A stretch of DNA of 14,992 bases from Octopus sinensis. Its lineage: Eukaryota. Below are positions 8,075 to 14,992 of the stretch, piece after piece (the stretch's first letter is position 1; every line of letters starts with the position of its first letter). The stretch lies in the NCBI RefSeq assembly GCF_006345805.1, contig NW_021825688.1, forward strand, positions 1 to 14,992, in the 5' to 3' direction. A program made the translations under genes and the position numbers. The notes below the pieces were generated by a model. The model searched no databases. It was given only the letters and a program-made list of their open reading frames with translations, and was not told the DNA's origin.

Positions 8075-8241
8075 GTATGCATACATACATGCATACATAC
8101 ATACATACATACATACTTAACTACATACATACATACATACATACATGCATACATAAATACATACATACATACATACATACATACATACATAACATACATA
8201 CACACATACATACATGCATACATACATACATACATACATAA

Positions 8242-8272
<31 letters not shown>

Positions 8273-8590
8273 CATACACAAACATGCATACATGAATACA
8301 AACATGCAGACATGCAGATATGCATGCATACATATATATACATATATATATGCATACATACGTACTTGATTATATAAACACATACATGAATACATGTATG
8401 CATACATAAATGCACACATACATATATATATACTTGTATGCATATATGTATATATATATACATATATATATGCATATATGCAGACATGATGCAGACATAA
8501 TACAAACATACATACATACATACATACATACATACATACATACATACATACATACATACATACATACATACATACATACATACATACATA
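8075..8590 (+). repeat. Complex (CATA)n array with CATG and TATA variants
   Basis: Directly visible. It explains the MYVC and HTYI ORFs. Confidence 0.97.
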
Positions 8591-8900
8591 GAACATCTAT
8601 GCTGAACTATTGAGAAATCTGCAGTTACTCTATCCAGATTACAAGTTCAGATTTATACCTGTAATTATTGTAGACCTGGGATACGTAGCACACTACCTAA
8701 ATACCAATTTTGAGAAAATACGCTTCTCAGAACCAGAAAGAAAAATGCTAATTCGAAGACTACAGATCCAATCCATCACTGGAACAGTAAAAATCTGTAA
8801 AACTTTCCAGAAGTTTATCATTTAAATACGAGTATGTCTAGATATACAACTATATTCATGAGGATACATACATAAAACATACAGATCTGCACATGCATGC
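8591..8900 (+). mobile_element. 5'-truncated RLE non-LTR retrotransposon 3' end (R4/Dong-like, second family) embedded in (CATA)n
   Basis: An open frame at 8592-8825 reads NIYAELLRNLQLLYPDYKFRFIPVIIVDLGYVAHYLNTNFEKIRFSEPERKMLIRRLQIQSITGTVKICKTFQKFII*. This is the post-PD..D RLE segment (KY..L....YP.....IPVIIGALG.....LQ...+.GT.KI). A short 3' UTR merges into CATA repeats. Confidence 0.85.
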
Positions 8901-9480
8901 ACACATACACACATAATTACATACATACATACACATAGTACATACATACATGCATACATGCATACATGCATACATACATACATACTTAACTACATACATG
9001 CATACATACATGCGTACATACATACATACATGCATACATGCATACATGCATACATACATACATACATACATACATACTTAACTACATACATGCATACATA
9101 CATACATACATACATACATACATACATACATGCATACATGCATACATACATACATACATATATACATGCATACATACATATATACATGCATACATACATA
9201 CATACATACATACATACATACATGCATGCATGCATACATACATACATACATACATGCATGCATGCATGCATACATACATACATACGTACATACATAAATA
9301 CATAGATACATACATACATACTTAACTACATACATACATACATACATACATACATAGATACATACATACATACTTAACTACATACATGCATACATACATA
9401 CATACATACATACAGACAGACATACATACATACATGCGTACATACATACATACATACATACATACGTACATACATACAGA
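8901..9480 (+). repeat. Complex (CATA)n array punctuated by CTTAACTA
   Basis: Directly visible. CTTAACTA occurs at 8985, 9077, 9321 and 9373. Confidence 0.97.
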
Positions 9481-10177
9481 CACATGCTTTCAAACACACG
9501 CAATGCAAACAAACTTATATGCACAGAACTGGCAGCATTTTCAGTCTCTGAGTTCAATTTTCATCAGTTTGTGGCTGTGTTGCCCGTTCTAGTTTACTTC
9601 TATCGTTTTGTATGTTATTGTTTTTCTGCGTGTGTCCTCCAGAATGGTTTCAGAGATGTTAAGCGTAGCCCTTCTTCCATTACTTTTTAACATGTTTCTT
9701 GCATTTTTAAAAAATCATCCATTGATAGCTTTACACTTTCTTGTGCTTGATTACTGGTTTTTGTCGTTTTTAGCGACTGTGCTGGCGTTAATGAGGGCGT
9801 TGGTTAATTTTGCACGTGTTTTGTATGAAGAATTTGCTTTTTCTTCTTATTATTTGTCTTGTTCGTTGTTGCTGTTCTTCTTCTTGTTCTTCCAATCAAG
9901 ACACACCTCATTAGCCAGAAAGAATAATCTCTAATTCGAGCCTACTCTAAGCTACTAAGAATGCGTGTGTGGCAACTTGAAAATCCACCCACCACACGCA
10001 ATAGACTGATGGTTGCACGGGCGCGAAAGCTACGTTGTTATCCTCATTCCGTAAACAGTGGCATTTTAGCGGGTGGAGAGCTGAACCATCCTGGGGTACA
10101 AGGATTCGCAATCTAGACTAGGGTCTGAAAGTTTACCACACCATAGTGGTTTACACCATGGTTCCTCTGCTTTGTGG

Positions 10178-10370
10178 CAGAAGTAGGGAGAAAGAGTGAG
10201 AGAAAATTGTGGTGAAAGAGTACAGCGGGGTTCACCCCCTCACCCGTCGGAGCCTCGTGGAGCTTAGGTGTTTTTGCTCAATAAACACTCACAATGCCCG
10301 GTCTGGGAATCGAAACCGCGTTCTCTCGCCCGCGAGTCCGCTACCCTAACCACTGGGCCATTGCGCCTCC
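10178..10370 (-). mobile_element. tRNA-derived SINE (third family)
   Basis: The minus strand begins GGAGGCGCAATGGCCCAGTGGTTAGGG (A box) ... GGTTTCGATTCCCAGACCGGGC (B box), followed by TTGTGAGTGTTTATTGAGCAAAAACACCT (loosely CORE-like) and a pyrimidine-rich tail. The 3' boundary is approximate. Confidence 0.85.
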
Positions 10371-10803
10371 ATTTTCGTTGTTGCTGTTGCTTTTGTCGGA
10401 GTTGTTTCTGTCGATTGTTGTTGGTGGTGATGTTGATGTTGTTGATTCTGCTGCTACCATTTCTTTCCGTGTTTGATAGATTAGACGGGGGAATTAATTG
10501 CCAAAGACAATTTCACCTTCAAAACTACCGCCCATATTTCCCTCTTCTTGGTTTGGCGACGAAGACGACGCCATATTAAAAGTTTCAATATTTCGTAAAG
10601 CAATATTTTCTTTTCGAAATTTCGCCCTCTTCGGGCAGATAACAGTACCTTTTGTTCAAACCTTCATAGTCTGCTCAAAACAAGAAAAGCTATATAACAA
10701 AAAAAAAAAGAAAAAGAAAAAATAAACTTATAACAATGAAAACAAATCAATAACCCAAAGAGCTTTCGCGACACGTCTACACTTGGCAATGAATAGCAAT
10801 AAT

Positions 10804-10967
10804 CCCTTCTGCTATTGGCAGAAGGCCTGAAATTTGGGGGAGGGGTGACCAGTCGATTAGAACGATCCCAGTACGCAACTGGTACTTAATTTATCGACTC
10901 CGAAAGGCTGAAAGGCAAAGTCGACCATGGCAGAATTTGAACTCAGAACGTAGCGACGGACGAAATA
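10804..10967 (-). mobile_element. 5'-truncated tRNA-derived SINE, same subfamily as 3861-4020
   Basis: B box GAGTTCAAATTC, central domain at 10879-10898 identical to 726-745 and 3934-3953, and a tail shared with 3861-3900. Confidence 0.88.
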
Positions 10968-12071
10968 ACAACAACAACAACGACAACAACAATGATAATA
11001 ATGATAACCGCAACAACCAGAAAAGCAAATAGACTGACAATGTCAAACACGAGTATAATTTGTATCATGGCAAATCTACAAAGAATACCAACACTGATAA
11101 TATAAAGCCAAATATAAGGCCACCACCAACGACAAAAAAAAAAGAAGTAATGAGAAAGAACAGTTGATAAATAACTTTCGTAACGACTCCTAAGTCTTAA
11201 CGGTAACAACAATTAGAATAACAAGGAGTATATCTGAAAGGAAAAAAATAACAAAAAAACACTTAGAATCTCCCTTCTAGAATTGAAACATTGGGGACGC
11301 TAATGAGTATGGCGGTAGAAAATGGTGTCAGAAGTGAGTAATTTGCGCTCAAAAACAACAATGTTTTCTTTTCATTTCAGTTGCACGAAAGGAATTGTAG
11401 TAATTGGTTTTTAGGAAAGACTTAAAAACAAAAGACTATGTATATATCTTTTGATAAAAATATAAGAATAAAAAAAAAAAGAAATTACACTCAGACACAC
11501 ACAGACACACACCCACGCGTGCGTATATACATACTTATATAAAGACACACTTAGCTTGAGTAACATGTACTAAATATAAAATTCAGACTATGTGACTTTT
11601 TTGTCTTGATTCAAAAGATTCCCTTGCTGTTAACATCTTAAGTTCTCTACACGCTGATTCAACCTGCTGAAAATACAACCCATATCTCGCTCAAATCACA
11701 ATACTACCTCAGAAAACGAAAGATAATTTATGCCATGTAGTTACGGGTAATCAATGTCTGAAAATAAAACAGGATGACACACCTCTGATCTTATGTCGAT
11801 TTGATAAGGGCTGATGTGGATCTGGCACAATAACAATGGAAACAATAGCAATACCAAAAGCATACGTTTAAAATACAGAACGTATTTTCCTTCAGAATCA
11901 CTTAAGAATAATTATATAGATTTCAAAGTGAGGGGTCAAATTTGAGAAAAATGAGCAATGTAGCTGATATCTACTGTACTTGCCAAACACAACATTTTCT
12001 AGATGTTTGACCATGCATTTATTGGCAAGGGGATGTACGTTCGTATTTTCTGGAGTTCTGGACAACCATAC

Positions 12072-12074
<3 letters not shown>

Positions 12075-12165
<91 letters not shown>

Positions 12166-12175
12166 GCACACACAC
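12075..12175 (+). repeat. (TA)n followed by (CA)n
   Basis: Directly visible. Confidence 0.97.
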
Positions 12176-12256
12176 GCCACAACATTCGTTATCTGAGTAT
12201 CAATGCTTTCGAGTAATACTAAATGTCTTGCTTTTTAACATTTTATTTTTAATTTT

Positions 12257-12284
12257 ATCCATCCATCCATCCATCCATCCATCC
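12257..12284 (+). repeat. (ATCC)7 microsatellite
   Basis: Directly visible. Confidence 0.95.
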
Positions 12285-13009
12285 TGTATTAGGGAATTGT
12301 GTACTAAAATTGTTAAGATATTTTGTGTATTGCAGCAGTATAAGCAATTTATTACTCATAGATTTTAAATTTTAAACTCTTATATGGATCCCACAGGTTC
12401 ATATGGATCCCCAGAAATAGCAGCTGGACCTCTATTTGAATTATCACAGCCTACCAATTCTTAAGATTTGTCTAATTGGACAATGTATTCTTAAGATAAA
12501 AAGCATCACGAAACAATACAAAGTATAATACTGTATCATCACGATTAGAATGCCTGCCCCTGGCTATCGGACTCCACGGTCTGGGATATTCAGCAATCCC
12601 ATCTTAAGCGAAATTTATCATCTGTTGGCGCATTCGCACTTTTGTTCGTAAAATAAAATAAATACCCAAATCTCGCGTGTGATGTGTACTTACGTTTGTA
12701 CTTAAAACGCTTTCGAACACCAAAACAAACCCGCCAAGCTAAGTATGTCACATTTGAAAGTGTGGCCAGGAGCTTAACTGAACATTTTTTTCTCTTCGTT
12801 TTCTAGCATAATAAACATAACACATACCTTTCTTTCATACACTAATCTGGCGCCTCTGTGGAGGCAAGACATAATTCCCAACATTAAATTAACATCAACA
12901 TTGTTTACAGATATCTTTCAAGCCTAAAAATGCATGAAGTAAAAGCGTGCACCGAATTCCATCCACTCAAACGCAACAGATATAAACAAAAACACATGGA
13001 TACAGACAG

Positions 13010-13103
13010 GCATACACACGCGCATACATACATACATACATACATATACACATACACACATACATACGTACGTACGTACATACATACTTACATACATACA
13101 TAC

Positions 13104-13134
<31 letters not shown>

Positions 13135-13311
13135 CATACATACATACATGCATAAATACACACATACATACGTACGTACATACATACATACATACATACA
13201 TACATACTTACATACATACATACATACATACATGCATACATACATACATACATACATACATACACACATACATACGTACGTACGTACATACATACTTACA
13301 TACATACATAC

Positions 13312-13342
<31 letters not shown>

Positions 13343-13460
13343 CATACATACATGCATACATACATACATACACACATACATACGTACGTACGTACATACA
13401 TACATACATACACACACACACATACATACATATATACATACATGCATACATACATAGATA
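13010..13460 (+). repeat. (CATA)n array with a ~104-bp higher-order period
   Basis: CGTA runs start at 13067, 13171, 13275 and 13383 (spacing 104, 104, 108). Each is preceded by CACACATACATA, and CTTA and CATG variants follow within the period. Confidence 0.9.
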
Positions 13461-13539
13461 TATGTATACATACACTCTACATACATATATACACTATTAC
13501 ACATACGTATCGAGGCCAGAGTATGGCTGAGTATATATA

Positions 13540-13860
13540 TATATTGCATTGTATGTATGTGTATATTTATATCTATATATATCTTTATACATACATACAC
13601 ATATATGTATGTTCATATATACATATAAATACATATAGATATATACGTATATATAATATGTATATGTATATACATATATATATATAGATATAGATATATA
13701 TATATATATATATATGTCTATATATGTATATATATGTACATATATATAGACTATATATTGCGCATATGTATATATGTATATATATGTAGACATATGTATA
13801 TATATGTACATATAATAGACATATATGCGCATATATATACCTATTCTACATAGATATATA

Positions 13861-13912
<52 letters not shown>

Positions 13913-14040
13913 CACACACACAGACACACACACACACACACATATATATATAAATACATACATATACGTAAATATATATCCATACAGGCGCGTACGCACA
14001 CACATACACGCGCGCGCACGCACACACATACAGACACACG
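13540..14040 (+). repeat. Degenerate (TA)-rich / (CA)n low-complexity array
   Basis: Directly visible. Confidence 0.93.
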
Positions 14041-14084
14041 TCGCATGTCTTTTAGTTGCGTCTCATGTCTTTTTACCCGTCAAA

Positions 14085-14170
14085 GGTTTTAGCTGAATGA
14101 ATTGACCGCAGTGCTTACTATTTTTTAAACCTGGTACTTAATCTATCGGTCTCTTTTGCTGAACCGCTAT
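14085..14170 (-). mobile_element. Short diverged SINE fragment related in the central domain
   Basis: CTGGTACTTAATCTATCGGT (14131-14150) resembles the shared domain. It is preceded by GAATTGACCGCAG (compare ATCGACCCCAG) and followed by CTCTTTTGCTGAACCGCTA. Confidence 0.55.
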
Positions 14171-14245
14171 ATTAGCATAAATACAAACACATACACAAAC
14201 ATACATACACACACACAAACATACATACACACACACAAATATATA

Positions 14246-14340
14246 CATGCCTTCTCGACTTACGACCGAATTCCGTTCCAACTGATAGGTCGTAAGCCGA
14301 TTTGGAGTATGTCGTATTTATATTTTTCAACACTAATTTC
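14246..14340 (+). mobile_element. Left end of a pogo/Tigger-like DNA transposon or MITE, truncated
   Basis: TA|CA...CTCGACTTACGA start and an internal inverted repeat TCGACTTACGACC / GGTCGTAAGCCGA (14255-14300). This matches the Tigger4-type terminal layout CCTCGACTTACGA...TCGTAAG. No right end is seen. Confidence 0.55.
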
Positions 14341-14480
14341 ATATATATATATTATATATATATATAATATATATTACATAACACACACACACACACACAC
14401 ACACACCACATATATATATTATATATATATATATTATATATATTATATTATATATATATATAAATATAATACACACACAA
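14341..14480 (+). repeat. (TA)/(CA) compound low-complexity array
   Basis: Directly visible. Confidence 0.93.
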
Positions 14481-14609
14481 GCGACTATCACTTGGAATAT
14501 AACCATACTTCTGCTAATTAATTTAGATGTTTATAAGTTACTTGTTGTCAGAGACATCCTCTCGACATGCGCATTCTTTACTCAGTGGCTCAGTGGGAAT
14601 GCGGCAGTT

Positions 14610-14672
14610 AGAGGGAGAGAGAGAGAGAGAGATAGAGAGAGAGAGAAAGAGAGAGAGAGAGAGTGCGAGAGA
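14610..14672 (+). repeat. (GA)n microsatellite
   Basis: Directly visible. Confidence 0.93.
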
Positions 14673-14740
14673 AAGAATTAGAGATTAAGGGGGCTGCACC
14701 AGTACTATTTGTGGTTATTTTCTGTTGGGTTCAGAGGGAA

Positions 14741-14810
14741 AGCATGAAATGAAGTCACTTGCTGAAGGACACAACATATCGCCAGATCAAGCAATCAAAC
14801 CCAAGATCTT
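14741..14810 (-). mobile_element. Old CORE-type SINE fragment
   Basis: The minus strand reads GGGTTTGATTGC (degenerate B box) ... GTTGTGTCCTTCAGCAAGTGACTT, similar to GTTGTGTTCTTGAGCAAGACACTT at 4674-4697. Confidence 0.6.
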
Positions 14811-14992
14811 CTGTACATTACACACACACACACACACACATGTACACACACACACACATGTACACACACCTATACACACGTATATATTTTACATGCACGT
14901 ATTATACACGCATCAATAGAACCTTAGATTACATACATTAGCATAGGGATAAATTTGCACTCGCTCAAAGAAGTATTCATAAACATTCTCTA

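Noticed and set aside
7900-9592. Many long MYVC and HTYI repeat ORFs, also at 1735-2006 and 12930-13832
   Set aside because: These are translations of (CATA)n/(TATG)n, which lack stops in most frames. They are not genes.
11281-11400. 47-nt GT-AG mini-intron (11334-11380) giving IETLGTLMSMAVENGVRIARKEL*
   Set aside because: It is very short for this genome type and the peptide is not recognisable. Only the donor is kept, as part of the head-to-head candidate.
633-14810. Orientation bias of SINEs (6 of 7 on the minus strand) as evidence for a plus-strand host intron
   Set aside because: The sample is too small, and the LINE-type remnants are mostly on the plus strand.
1-14992. CRISPR arrays, rRNA, prokaryotic operons or terminators
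   Set aside because: There is no repeat-spacer structure or rRNA similarity, and the sequence is eukaryotic.

Overview
AT-rich, repeat-dense eukaryotic genomic DNA. The SINE families and microsatellite landscape look like an octopod cephalopod (Octopus-like); this is recognised from recalled repeat consensus, not a database search. I find no intact host gene and no intact transposon. Roughly a third of the window is simple or compound microsatellite ((GAT)n, (CATA)n, (AAT)n, (TA)n, (CA)n, (GA)n), which explains most ORFs in the track. The rest is a mosaic of retroelement and DNA-transposon remnants. There are seven tRNA-derived SINE copies or fragments, one with a perfect 15-bp target-site duplication and two CORE-type. 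There are two R4/Dong-like RLE non-LTR 3' ends associated with (TAA)n and (CATA)n arrays, a frameshifted Penelope GIY-YIG fragment and a separate Penelope-type terminal repeat with a hammerhead-like motif. There are also a maT/Tc1-mariner transposase N-terminal pseudogene, a mariner MITE, a pogo/Tigger-like end, and probable RTE and gypsy-gag remnants. A few splice-site-flanked segments may be host exons, but they are unproven and appear only as findings. I see nothing I can support as a wholly new system. The most interesting signals are microsatellite-targeting retroelements apparently building the arrays, a possible SINE-LINE chimera, and the ribozyme-like motif.
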